This document shows positions 15,818 through 29,359 of a stretch of DNA of 64,000 nt, piece by piece; position 1 is the stretch's first letter, and each line of letters starts with the position of its first letter. Below the pieces are notes generated by a model, which worked only from the letters and a program-made list of their open reading frames with translations, did not search any database and was not told the origin of the DNA. Origin of the DNA: Eledone cirrhosa (taxonomy: Eukaryota). Location of the stretch: assembly GCA_964016885.1 (NCBI GenBank), contig OZ024756.1:33356001-33420000 (forward strand), in the 5' to 3' direction. The position numbers and the translations under genes are program-made.

Positions 15818-16314
15818 GGGAGTTCACAACCTAGGGTGTTGTTACTGCCCATATAGCTTGAGGGAGGTCTGGCCGAGAGGTGTCTACATGTTCGGGAGAA
15901 GTCCCTATAGCTTGAGGGGAGTTCACATCTTCTTGTGTTGCTACTGTCCATATATCTTGAGGAAGGTCCCGGCTCTAAGGTGTCTGCATGTCCCAAAGAA
16001 GTCGGTTCTGAGGTTTATCAGGCCACTTCCACCTCTTAGTATCTCGAGGGTCTCGTTCATGCAAACTATGCCTGAACGAGACCCTCGAGATACTAAGAGG
16101 TGGAAGTGGCCTGATAAACCTCAGAACCGACTTCTTCGGGACATGCAGACACCTTAGAGCCGGGACCTTCCTCAAGATATATGGACAGTAGCAACACAAG
16201 AAGATGTGAACTCCCCTCAAGCTATAGGGACTTCTCCAGAACATGTAGACACCTCTCGGCCAGACCTCCCTCCAGCTATATGGGCAGTAACAATACCCTA
16301 GGTTGCGAACTCCC
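15818..16314. repeat. ~500-bp near-perfect palindrome with an internal 99-bp sub-repeat
   Basis: Arms of ~246 bp around a 5-nt loop (AACTA, 16064-16068); mirrored ORF translations in the track confirm the symmetry. Confidence 0.95.
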
Positions 16315-16979
16315 CTCAAGCCATAGGGAACAACCCAGGCTGAGCAGACACTATGATAGCCTATGGATTGAATCGGACACAGCCATTATAAATTGGCCAA
16401 CATCTATATAACACAAACACATTTTAATTTACTTGATTTCTGATTTTCAATTTCCAATATTAAATCTTGATTTCTCTTTATTAATTTGTTATTTGTTTTC
16501 TGTTCTCTTGACTGTATCACCTTATATTTATTTTTAAGTTGATATTGATTATAACACAAACACATTTTGTTTGATTATCTTATTCTTTTATTATTTTAAC
16601 ATCTTTTTCCTCATACCAATCTATCCAACATATTTCTGACCTTGAGATTGGTTATAGCACACACACACTTTATCCTACTTTATTTGAATCTTTATTTTAT
16701 TTTTCACTTTTTCACTTCTCCATATTCATTTTCATTACTTTTTCACCAATTTTTCATTTATTCTTTATTCTCTATTTATTATTTATTTTCTGTTTTCTTC
16801 ATTTTTTTCTGTTTTCTTCCTTTATTGCCTTATATTTCTTCATATACATGTAAGAAGCCCCCCCCCACACACACACACACACACACCACCACCACCACGG
16901 GAGATGGTGGCAGGAGCGACGAAGAAAAAACACACAGAGATACTTCTAAATGTCAGCAGCAGCAAGACATAGGCTGACC

Positions 16980-17365
16980 ACAACACCAACAACACTACCG
17001 AAATAATGGTAGAGGTCAAATGTACTTAAGAATAGCAAACACAAACACTACAGGAAGCCTCACCCCAGAAAGAATTTCTACAGACTTCTGACTGAGCAAT
17101 ACTCTCAAAACTGACCAATGGGAAGTTTGACATTTTTATTTATTTTTTTTTTTTTTGTTATTTTGTTCCTTTACCACCTTGTTCCTTCTACCACTTTATC
17201 AATTGTTTAAGCTAACTCCAACAATAACAACACTACCAACACAAGAATTGAGGTCAGATGTACCTAACAATAACAAGAGCAACAACTACAGATTGGCTTG
17301 CCTCAGAACGAACTTCTATAGACTTTTGAATGAGGAATGTTCTAACAACTGACCAATGAGAGAAG
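16980..17365 (+). repeat. Diverged ~145-bp direct repeat (period ~238 bp), each unit ending in a CCAAT motif
   Basis: GAGGTCA(A/G)ATGTAC ... TTCTA(C/T)AGACTT ... AACTGACCAATG at ~16980-17125 and ~17218-17365. Confidence 0.7.
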
Positions 17366-17518
17366 AGGCCCCCTGACACTGACATTCGTTCGTTTGAATT
17401 CATATGATTCCAGTTCCTCAGTGAAATAACAACCCAACCAGGAACTGGGCATATCAGAGTATTGACAAAATTATACACCTCAACAACATATGTACTTGTC
17501 TATACCACACTAATTCGG

Positions 17519-17573
17519 ACTGCCTGAAGAGGTCACAGCCAAAGATGGCTGTCACCGAAATATATATAGCAGT
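17519..17573 (+). ncRNA. Type I minimal hammerhead ribozyme, canonical core
   Basis: ACTGC-CTGAAGA-GGTcACAGCCA(AAGA)TGGCTGTcACC-GAAA-TATATA-TA-GCAGT; perfect stem I, long stem II, palindromic stem III, AATAAA immediately after. Confidence 0.88.
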
Positions 17574-17845
17574 AATAAACGAAGCTAAATTTTTAACATT
17601 TGACTTTTTATTTTACTTTATTTTACATTACTCCGGAGTAACCAAAGCAACCTGCGCACTTCGTCGAGTGCTCCAGCCTGCATACTATGGTGTTGGTATA
17701 CAACCAACATATACTCAAAATATATATATATATAGTATTTTGCTCTGATTATTTAATTTATTAATTCTTCATTGAGCCACATCGTGAATGGTTGCCAAAA
17801 CACATATATATCTGTGACTTTGTTTAATTGGTGTATGTGTAAATA

Positions 17846-17906
<61 letters not shown>

Positions 17907-17952
17907 TATTATTATTATTACTTTCAAAGTAAAGGGTGTCAATCACTTTCTC

Positions 17953-18139
17953 ATAATTGTTTCTACGTTAGGCACAAGTCCAGCAATTAACCAGTGTATT
18001 ACTGGTACTTTATTTTATCGACCCCGTAAGGATGAAAGACAAAGTTAACCTCGGCGGGATTTGAACTCAGAATGGCTAGGGCCGTAATTCTATGCGTCAA
18101 AGCATGGCGTCCGACCCTCTACCGATACTGCCAATACAC
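17953..18139 (-). mobile_element. tRNA-derived SINE
   Basis: Same family as 5733-5926. Confidence 0.9.
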
Positions 18140-19034
18140 GAGAACAATGATTTTAACATTACAGCCTCTTCTTGTTTAACATATGAAAGCCATATTTGTC
18201 TTTAGGATTTACATGCATAAGTGTTGTAGTTAATTTAATAGCAAGTTGTCTACTTCGATCTATTGAAGATACAATTAATAGGAAACCTAATAATAAAAGT
18301 AGCACAAGAAAACGTAAACGAAAATCAAAAGTGAAAGCGAAAACAATAATGTCTTTGACGGTTATATAATAGTTAATTAGCTCGTTGGATGTTGCAGGAA
18401 GCATATGTTCTATATGCACCATTAAAGGTTTCATTTCGTTGACATCTGTTTACAGTCTGTTTAATGCTGTCAAATCTCATTCATTAATAAACGTCAAGTC
18501 TTTCTTTTTTACTTTTTTCGTTTCTTTTCTTATTGCTCTTTTTATATATCTACTTCTTTATATAGTTGTTTGCTATTTCTTCTCAGTTATAATGAAGAAT
18601 TGTATTTGTAGAGCAGGTGTCTTTAACGTCTTCTCTAACGTTTAATGCATGTATATAATATATCGTTTGATGACTGACAAGTCATTTTATTTTATTTTCT
18701 TATATTTATGTTTCGGCTTTAAGAATGAGATTGAAGACGAACAGAGAAAGTAAATATAAAAACTTTAATAGAAAGTACACATTATTTAAAGGGGCACGTT
18801 TGCATAATTGTCAATTACGTCTTAGGGTTTTGCATTACAATTATATGTAATGTAGTATCACACCTGATAGCATGAAAAAAATGCAAAGATTTAAGTGGAT
18901 TTATAGTTTATTTCTGTAGCCATCTACCTAACTATCGATGTGTCTATCTATCTATCATTTCTCCAGAATGAAACAGTTATAGTCCTGTAGAAGCCTTTTC
19001 TATGTTAAATATATATGTTAAATATGTTATTTAT

Positions 19035-19285
19035 TAGAAAGTAAGGTACTTTGTACAAAATGAAAAATAACCGAGGTGTCCTACACGAGTGAAAGTATAA
19101 GGAAAAAAGATGAAATCGAAAATGCAATTGGACTCTTTTGTTTTTCTCAAAAGCCACAGACCCTCCATCTCAATTCTACTTTTGAAAAGCAGAAGAACTG
19201 CGAAATCGGTAGAGGAACCAAATAAATATATATTTAAAAAAGAATCAGTTCAATTGCATTTTCGATTTCATCTTTTTTCCTTATA
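19035..19285. mobile_element. PLE-like tail family C, partially inverted
   Basis: Inverted arms 19096-19130 / 19251-19285; homologous to the collinear copy at 56635-56842. Confidence 0.8.
19178..19215 (+). ncRNA. Type I hammerhead motif with U3-A8 core (family C, slightly decayed)
   Basis: ACTT-TTGAAAA-GCAG(AAGAA)CTGC-GAAAT-CG-GTA-GAGG. Confidence 0.65.
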
Positions 19286-19325
19286 TATATATATATATAA
19301 TATATTAAAAACAAATATATATATA

Positions 19326-19590
<265 letters not shown>

Positions 19591-19956
19591 TTATTAAAAT
19601 AATAAATTATATATATATATATGAATATGGTATGAGTTAGTGTGTGCCTGTGTGTATATGTGTGTGCGAGGATTGTGTTTCTCCACTTGATGTTTGTAAT
19701 TATTCAAAAATCATTGTCATTAGTTGTTCTATAATTTCCATAGGCCATTACTTACGTTTTACACGTTCCTCCTCCAGAAACTGTCACATGAATCAATATC
19801 CTTGTTTATGAAGGATTAAGTGTTAACATTCGGAATATTTTATAACTTTATAATTCTAATGTCAAATATTATAGTTTTCTTGTTTTTCTTATATTTTCAT
19901 CTGAATTGATCTCTCTCATTTTTTTCTCTATTTCTCGGTGCTTCTAATTCAGATAT

Positions 19957-20001
<45 letters not shown>

Positions 20002-20542
20002 TTTTTCCTCATTTCGTGGATCGTGGGTTGTCTCCCCTTCCCGCTTCGTGTCGCTATGATACTTCCTCAGTCAAAAACTGCTGGAATTTCAAATTTGGCG
20101 GTCATTCGAGGTGAGAGAGAGCAACTTTACCGACACGATTTTTGACAGCGGTAAGAAATTGTTTTCTTATATCAATGTTTAACGGGCTTCCACTGATGAT
20201 TTATAAGTGCCCACCTAAATATATTCTTACATGAATATATATTAGGCTTCTACATAAACTGGAAACATTCTCCAAACTTGTAGAAAACTTATAATGAAAC
20301 AATTGTTTGGAAAGAGAGATGTACTTTAACTTTAATTATATCTCATAAAATAATACAACTAGTTTTTCCACATTATACATATTGTTAGCACCACAAACAC
20401 TTAAATTGGGTTTATATTTTAATATAACCTAATGTTTGTTGAGTGAGATGGTTACCAGTCAGAGTTTAGCTTTAAACTATCTCTGTTATTGTATTAAATA
20501 TATATATATATATTTATTAAAATAACAGATTAATATTATTAC

Positions 20543-20764
<222 letters not shown>

Positions 20765-21383
20765 TATATTAGACTGAAATAAAAAAACGAAAATAATGAA
20801 TTCAAATTTAATATATGTATATATATATATATATATACACAATAAAAAATATATCAGTCCGAGCCATGAAATATGAAAGAAGATGAAAGTTAGAAGTTAT
20901 AGATCAAACACGAACAGCCAATAAAGAGTTTTGAGAATGACATTAAAAAATGGTCCGAAAAATAAAAGCATCTGATGGCTGAGATAATTTTCTCTTATAT
21001 TCAAAGTACATATCCTTTCAATCATAGAACTATCAAACTGGTGTGAATGTTATGCTTTCTTTGTAGTTACAATTATAAAATGCACTTTCGAATTGAAATC
21101 TACAAAATTCATGAAAATAAAGTAACTTGGAATTATAGAAATTAAACTAAAACATCAAATATATGCACAAGTGAGTGAGTGAGAATTTGTATCTGATGGA
21201 ATGTCGTTGTTGGTGTAACTAATGTAGTTTTCCGAGAAGGACTGGACTTCCGAAACGTTAAGACGCTTTTCCTGCTATTTTAAGCGTTAACCTTATATAT
21301 TCCGTATATACTGTACTGATTGTGTCGTTATTTCTGTTTACCTTTTACACAGACACACACACACATATTTACACACGCACACA

Positions 21384-21435
<52 letters not shown>

Positions 21436-21943
21436 TCTCAGCGTATTTTCAGAAACAGTATTCTAATCTCCATCACCCAACATACGGTATTCTCCGTTTA
21501 GAACAAAATGTTATTATTGCCACACTTTATCCAGGCTCTTAAATTATACGCTTTCAACATGTAACGTGTCAGGTACTGCCCGATAAGTTGATGTTAAATT
21601 GTTCTCCTTTATATTATTTATTTTGTTATTAATCCAATAGCGGCAAAAATGGGATAATAATGAACACATTATACAAGAAAATAATAAACTAAAGGAAGAG
21701 AGAGAAGAATGCGGCTACGTAGGTAACATTTAAAGGCAATAGAATATATATAAGACCAGCAAAAGCCCCTGCTTCTTTGTACAGGCTACTACGTAATCAT
21801 GACATTTTTTTCCTTATGTTTTGAAGGAAATTTAGCGGCTATTTCTAGCAGGATAAAAGAACCATATGGAAGGCCTTACTGACACGTAGGGCAATATGTT
21901 ATTTCTTATAGCAAAAAATCATTTTTTTTATTTCTCTTAACAA

Positions 21944-21993
<50 letters not shown>

Positions 21994-22556
21994 ACATATG
22001 TAGTCCTATGTGGTTATAATAATGTCCTCTGCAGGAAGTCAATAATTGCTGTTACTTCGGAAGGTATAGTTTCACATTCTACGACAACAGTTTCATGGGT
22101 GACTGAATGGTGAATTTACGGAGATAGAGAAAGAAACATAAAAAGAGAGAAAGATACAGGAAATATGATTTTACCGTTTCGTTTCTAGCAGGGAAAAAAA
22201 ATATATGACTATAAAATAGATAGACAATAATGAAGAAACAGAGAAAAACATAATGTTAAGAAATAAATATCTGACTGTTTATCGCTCCATTAAACATAAC
22301 GTTATAAGCCAAGTGTAGCAAAGAATAAATTAAGCAACAAAAAGAAACAAGAAAATAATATAAAAATAGTAACACGAAAAGCAAAGAAAAATATAATATA
22401 TATTCATTTTCAATTTTCAGTTGGCGCTTTTAGTTCATATCAAATATTTGCTGGTGTTAAGAACATTTATCGAGCTGTCTAAATGACTGCATTGTGGGTA
22501 TATCGATTCACCTTTTATTGGCACTTAATTTCTATTCTGTATGCTTGTATATATAA

Positions 22557-23318
<762 letters not shown>

Positions 23319-23606
23319 TGGCTTTTGTTCACAGGGTTTCCTACTCTGAAATCAATTTCCATATCAATAATATTTCTATTGTTTTCTTGTTAACGCTTTC
23401 TTTATTGCTACTGTGTTTGTGATTGTTCTTGTTGCTTTCCTTACATGAAAACATCTACTGTAACGCGACCAACTCCCCTCATCCAGGTTACTGAGTTATT
23501 TGCAACGGTGCCATTTGAAATTATACGAATCTCCTCATAGGTTTCTTACGCGTTCACGTCATACCACGGCCAAATTTAAAATTCATCAATTAGGAGCGAT
23601 GAAATA

Positions 23607-23808
23607 AATATTGGTTTCTTATATAGGCACAAGGCCAGCAATTATAGGGTAAGGGAAGTCGATTAAATCGGCCCCAGTGAGTGACTGGTACTTTATTTTA
23701 TCGACCCCGTAAGGATGAAAGGCAATGTTAACCTCGGCGGGATTTGAATTCAGACCATAAAGGGGCGTAACTCTATGTTGCAAAGCATGGCCTCCGACGT
23801 TCTACTGA
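23607..23808 (-). mobile_element. tRNA-derived SINE (longer variant)
   Basis: Same family. Confidence 0.88.
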
Positions 23809-24751
23809 ATGATTGTCCACATTAAAATTAATATGTTTGTTATGGTTGTTGTGATCATCAAAATGATACCCGTCATCACCACTACTACCAACATCACCGT
23901 CATCATCACTATTGACATTATCAGCATATTTAGTGGTGTAGCTATTTCATTTCTTTAACATTATAATTATTTTCGTTATGATCATTCATCCGAATATGTT
24001 TATTTCATTATTCTTATTTTCGAAGTTTCTATTGAAATAGAAGGAAGAAAAGAAGAAAAAAGATATTATGGTGCATTGCATTTGAAACAGAATTGAAATG
24101 TTAAAGATATCAGAAATTTATAAAACAAATGATCGATAAAGGAAGACAGTTCTTTCGGTGGAAAGGCTGCACTAATATGATACAAAAAATGTTCACTCTA
24201 AATAATTTATCTATTGTAGTTTACGTTTTTTTTCCATACTATATCTTAAACATGATATACACACGTTAGGTTAATTATCTATATATAAGTTATAATTAAG
24301 AGTAAATTTGTTTCTATGTTTAAAATATAAAAATACAATTGTCCACAAAAAATATACGATCCTCTCATTTAAATGTATGCATTTCTCTCTAGAAATCACA
24401 GCCAATCCAACACATTTGGAACGAAGAAACTACTGGCATTCAGACATAGCAGATATAGCAATATCTTGAATGATCATTTCATGTATAAATTCCCGAAATC
24501 GCAGGGAATGTCTTTAAAATGATTGCATATAATTTTACATAATTTGTTAATTAAAAAAAACTTGCATTTCATTGGAAAGTATCATGGAATTGGTGTAAAA
24601 AGGTTTTTCTTTAGGAAAAAAAGCCTATCTTTTTTTAAATACCTGCCTAAACACGGTGAAGATTTAATATGCAAATCAACTGAGGCTTACACACACATAT
24701 ATATATATATATATATACATATATATATACATATATATATATGTCTGTGTG

Positions 24752-24794
<43 letters not shown>

Positions 24795-24804
24795 ATATAT
24801 GTAA

Positions 24805-24889
<85 letters not shown>

Positions 24890-24929
24890 TATATATATAG
24901 AAGTGGTTACACAACAGTTAGTTCACCAT

Positions 24930-24971
24930 ACCGAGAACAACTGTTTCACCTAAGCGGATCCTCAGCTTGTA
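24930..24971 (-). ncRNA. Type I hammerhead motif in the PLE 3' tail (stem I decayed)
   Basis: Minus strand ACAAG-CTGAGGA-TCC(GCTTA)GGT-GAAAC-AGTT-GTT-CTCGGT. Confidence 0.65.
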
Positions 24972-25149
24972 ATGGACAGGGTTATACTGAACAGGAAGGA
25001 CACTCGTACGAACGCGCGTGCGCAGAAACGATCACTTCACACAGGCAACACTAAATTGCGTGCGAGAGGTGTAAGGGAGATAACTGCGAAAGTCCGAAAG
25101 TTTCTAGTTGATAAGAAAATTAGGATGTTGTTGTAATTCAATCTGGAGC

Positions 25150-25436
25150 TTTGTAGTTATGTAAGAGGTGTTTCCAGACGTGTGGATAACGTGTGAAGAA
25201 TTCATTATCGTGTTTAGGCAATCACTATTGCGTAATCTCTTTAAAATATCTATTCGTTCATCAATACATAGTCCACACGACGAATTGCCCCTTGCGTATG
25301 GCTTGGACTTAGTGATTTTTTCCCATTGAATGGAGTAATCTATACTTGAGTCCTTGAGGGACCATACGTGGCCCGCGAGTTTCGTGGATGAATGTAGTCG
25401 ACTGGTGGTTGAGGAAACCTTCCAGTGTTCTACCAC
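25150..25436 (-). pseudogene. PLE GIY-YIG endonuclease C-terminal fragment (frameshifted)
   Basis: STKLAGHVWSLK..YSIQWEKI..SKPY....SCGLCIDERIDI...CLN, then a shifted frame giving NEFFTRYPHVWKHLL; fits the PLE GIY-YIG tail pattern STxLSxHxWxLK...IxW...Y...CxLCxxEK...LN.R.E...CRH. Confidence 0.8.
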
Positions 25437-25766
25437 TACAAATACATATATATATGTGCGTGGATTGTTTTCGTATGCAGTACTTTATATTGTATGGATC
25501 GACCTATGGAAATATTGTATTTACATAATTCTATACATTCAGTCAAGCTTGTATGTCTCTAAGGTTAAGTTTACATATCAAAATTGCAATCTTGTGTCGA
25601 GTGCGCAGTATGTTTTATGAAGTTAAATAAGAATAGTAATTAATCAGGTATTACTGTAAATGGAATATTTTTCTGAAGGGCATGCACTTAAAAATTCAAA
25701 TTTCGTATACGTTTAAATTTGTAGTAATTTCTAGAAGCAAATATATTCCGAAAACTTAGGCGTTAA

Positions 25767-25787
25767 TACACATTGTCCGTTGAAAAC

Positions 25788-25832
<45 letters not shown>

Positions 25833-25852
25833 CGTTTTCAACGGACAATGTG

Positions 25853-25854
<2 letters not shown>
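25767..25854. repeat. 25-bp inverted repeat enclosing (TA)n
   Basis: TACACATTGTCCGTTGAAAACGTCT / AGACGTTTTCAACGGACAATGTGTA. Confidence 0.9.
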
Positions 25855-25921
<67 letters not shown>

Positions 25922-26091
25922 ATATATGTGTATATATATGTACACACACACACACACATAAACACATAATATATATATATATATAAATATATATATATAC
26001 ACATATATAATATGTGTGTGTGTGAGTACATATATATAAATATACACAATGGAAACTCATACATATATAAAAACACACACACATATATATG

Positions 26092-26123
<32 letters not shown>

Positions 26124-26190
26124 GGTGTGTGTATATATATATAAATATATATATATGTGTCTATACGTGTGGGTCTATATATATGTATAA

Positions 26191-26352
<162 letters not shown>

Positions 26353-26687
26353 TTCCATTTGATATATTATATTTTGAATTTGAAAATATAAAGATTGCAT
26401 CCGCCAGAAGCTTGTATTCGTTCGAATAACTATTCATTTTCATTATTTAAAAATAGACAGAGATTTCAACTCCACTGACATGCAATTTACATAGGAAATT
26501 TTTCATCGTACATCTAGCTTAGTATCGTTGTAATTGCAAGTGGCTTCCCAATAGCAAATATGTTCAAAGTTTAGATAGCAATTATAATATTTGATATATA
26601 TGACATAATGAAATAATAAATTTTAGTTTAAGTTCTCCACACTGTAGCTAATGTTTATATATATATTTTGGGATATATATATATATA

Positions 26688-26755
<68 letters not shown>

Positions 26756-27364
26756 TATATGTATATATTTTGCATATATGTATATATAAATATATATGTG
26801 TATAATATATATATATATATTCCCGGTAAATAGTTAGTTAAATTGCATTTGAAATGTTCATTGCATGTGTATATATATATATATGTGTGTGCGTGCGTGT
26901 GAGGGGGGGGGGGGGTAGGTGAGTGTGTGAGTGTGCGTGTGTGTGTGTGTTATACAGACATAGCATTTCGAACTTTCGACAGTCTGAGAGATTATGAGTT
27001 TATAGAAAATGTAATATATTCAGACACATGAGCATAACTGTAAATACAGTTATTAGCTATAAATATCTTCGAAAATTGAGTAAAGGCCCCTTATAGATGC
27101 AAGAGATACAGTAGCAATATTGCCATTTTATATATATATGTATATATATACTAGTGAAGTAAAGACAAAATTCTGAAGAGGGCTCGATATACATATATAT
27201 ATCGATATGAATACCCCCTCCGCCTCCGTGGTATTTTCTTCGTGGTTATAAGAGGCTTAGCTCTGTTTCTCGACCGTTATATCGCGTGACTATCTCCCCC
27301 TCCGCCTTTTGGGATTCTTTCTCACGTCGTGTAGACGCGTTCTTGAGACTAGTAAAATGAGGTA

Positions 27365-27452
27365 TCCTCTTGATAAGTCGGCAGACCTCGCAAGGACTCT
27401 ATATCTTTGATATATTGTTTTTGTTTATGCCACGAAACTACGTAGTCGAGGA
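27365..27452 (+). ncRNA. Type I hammerhead ribozyme with U3-A8 core and enlarged stem II (unit 1)
   Basis: TCCTC-TTGATAA-GTcGGCA..~44 nt..TGCCAC-GAAAC-TACGTA-GTC-GAGGA; predicted cleavage after C27447. Confidence 0.8.
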
Positions 27453-27955
27453 ATTTAGGAACAGTTTAGGTATGATACATTTTATTACTAATTATATCTA
27501 AATGTTTCTTCTCTCTTCATAATGTATTTTTAACTCTGATACTGGTTCAGTCTGGTTCAAACTGAATTGGTCTGTCCCAGTCATTCATTGAGCAACATCG
27601 GTGAAGTTGGCACCCTTAACTCACAGTTGGGTGCGGATGCATTCATGTATATATGTGTGTGTCCGCATGTATCTGTGTGTTTCTAAATATATTAATAACT
27701 CCCTCTGGTCGAGCAATCTTTGAAGTGTGGGGACAACTGGAAAGCTTCCATTACTCATACTTCTCGCCTTCTTCACTACCTCTACTACGGCCTCGATATG
27801 AATACCCCCTCCGCCTCCGTGGTATTTTCTTCGTGGTTATAAGAGGCTTAGCTCTGTTTCTCGACCGTTATATCGCGTGACTATCTCCCCCTCCGCCTTT
27901 TGGGATTCTTTCTCACGTCGTGTAGACGCGTTCTTGAGACTAGTAAAATGAGGTA

Positions 27956-28043
27956 TCCTCTTGATAAGTCGGCAGACCTCGCAAGGACTCTATATCTTTG
28001 ATATATTGTTTTTGTTTATGCCACGAAACTACGTAGTCGAGGA
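27956..28043 (+). ncRNA. Type I hammerhead ribozyme with U3-A8 core (unit 2)
   Basis: Identical to unit 1, offset +591. Confidence 0.8.
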
Positions 28044-28546
28044 ATTTAGGAACAGTTTAGGTATGATACATTTTATTACTAATTATATCTAAATGTTTCT
28101 TCTCTCTTCATAATGTATTTTTAACTCTGATACTGGTTCAGTCTGGTTCAAACTGAATTGGTCTGTCCCAGTCATTCATTGAGCAACATCGGTGAAGTTG
28201 GCACCCTTAACTCACAGTTGGGTGCGGATGCATTCATGTATATATGTGTGTGTCCGCATGTATCTGTGTGTTTCTAGATATATTAATAACTCCCTCTGGT
28301 CGAGCAATCTTTGAAGTGTGGGGACAACTGGAAAGCTTCCATTACTCATACTTCTCGCCTTCTTCACTACCTCTACTACGGCCTCGATATGAATACCCCC
28401 TCCGCCTCCGTGGTATTTTCTTCGTGGTTATAAGAGGCTTAGCTCTGTTTCTCGACCGTTATATCGCGTGACTATCTCCCCCTCCGCCTTTTGGGATTCT
28501 TTCTCACGTCGTGTAGACGCGTTCTTGAGACTAGTAAAATGAGGTA

Positions 28547-28634
28547 TCCTCTTGATAAGTCGGCAGACCTCGCAAGGACTCTATATCTTTGATATATTGT
28601 TTTTGTTTATGCCACGAAACTACGTAGTCGAGGA
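28547..28634 (+). ncRNA. Type I hammerhead ribozyme with U3-A8 core (unit 3)
   Basis: Identical to unit 1, offset +1182. Confidence 0.8.
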
Positions 28635-28868
28635 ATTTAGGAACAGTTTAGGTATGATACATTTTATTACTAATTATATCTAAATGTTTCTTCTCTCTTC
28701 ATAATGTATTTTTAACTCTGATACTGGTTCAGTCTGGTTCAAACTGAATTGGTCTGTCCCAGTCATTCATTGAGCAACATCGGTGAAGTTGGCACCGTTA
28801 ACTCACAGTTGGGTGCGGATGCATTCATGTATATATGTGTGTGTCCGCATGTATCTGTGTGTTTCTAA

Positions 28869-28946
<78 letters not shown>

Positions 28947-29176
28947 TAATTGAATATAAAAGAAAAACGAACACAGACATCTCCATATATGTGCTCAAAT
29001 CGTAAGGGACTAGATTCGCTAAGGTGAAGAGAATACTATAGACAATTGGGTTTGCTTGTCTCAATTTAAGAAAAAATCAAGTTCCTAACTCAATATATAC
29101 CTTTGATATTTATAAATATATATATATATATCGAGCCCTCTTCGGATTTTAGTCTTCACTTTACATTCAGTATTAC

Positions 29177-29359
29177 TGGCAGTATCGGTAGAGGGTTGGA
29201 CGCCATGCTTTGACGCGTAGAGTTACGGCCCTTGCCATTCTGAGTTCAAATCCCGCCGAGGTTAACTTTGCCTTTCATCCTTACTGGGTCGATAAAATAA
29301 AGTACCAGTAATACACCGGGTAATTGCTGGCCTTGTGCCAAAAGTTGAAACAATTATTA
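29177..29359 (+). mobile_element. tRNA-derived SINE
   Basis: Same family. Confidence 0.9.

Larger units (their letters stand above)
24899..25440 (-). mobile_element. 5'-truncated Penelope-like retroelement: endonuclease C-terminus, 3' tail and HHR, ending at (TA)n
   Basis: Coding remnant plus HHR downstream on the same strand. Confidence 0.8.
27202..28876 (+). mobile_element. Tandem array of a 591-bp HHR-containing unit (2.8 copies; retrozyme-like or PLE pseudo-LTR multimer)
   Basis: Units start at 27202, 27793 and 28384; I see only two substitutions among them; runs into (TA)n at 28876. Confidence 0.9.

Noticed and set aside
20190-20246. CTGATGA...GAATATATA HHR-like relic (similarly 21225-21265)
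   Set aside because: Core bases are missing and stem I is weak; too decayed to call.
27653-28471. Duplicated 75-aa ORF in the 591-bp unit
   Set aside because: Starts in a TG-rich patch and has no recognisable motif; the duplication only reflects the tandem array.
27202-28876. CRISPR-like or rDNA-type array
   Set aside because: Eukaryotic DNA with no repeat-spacer structure and no rRNA or snRNA similarity that I can recognise.
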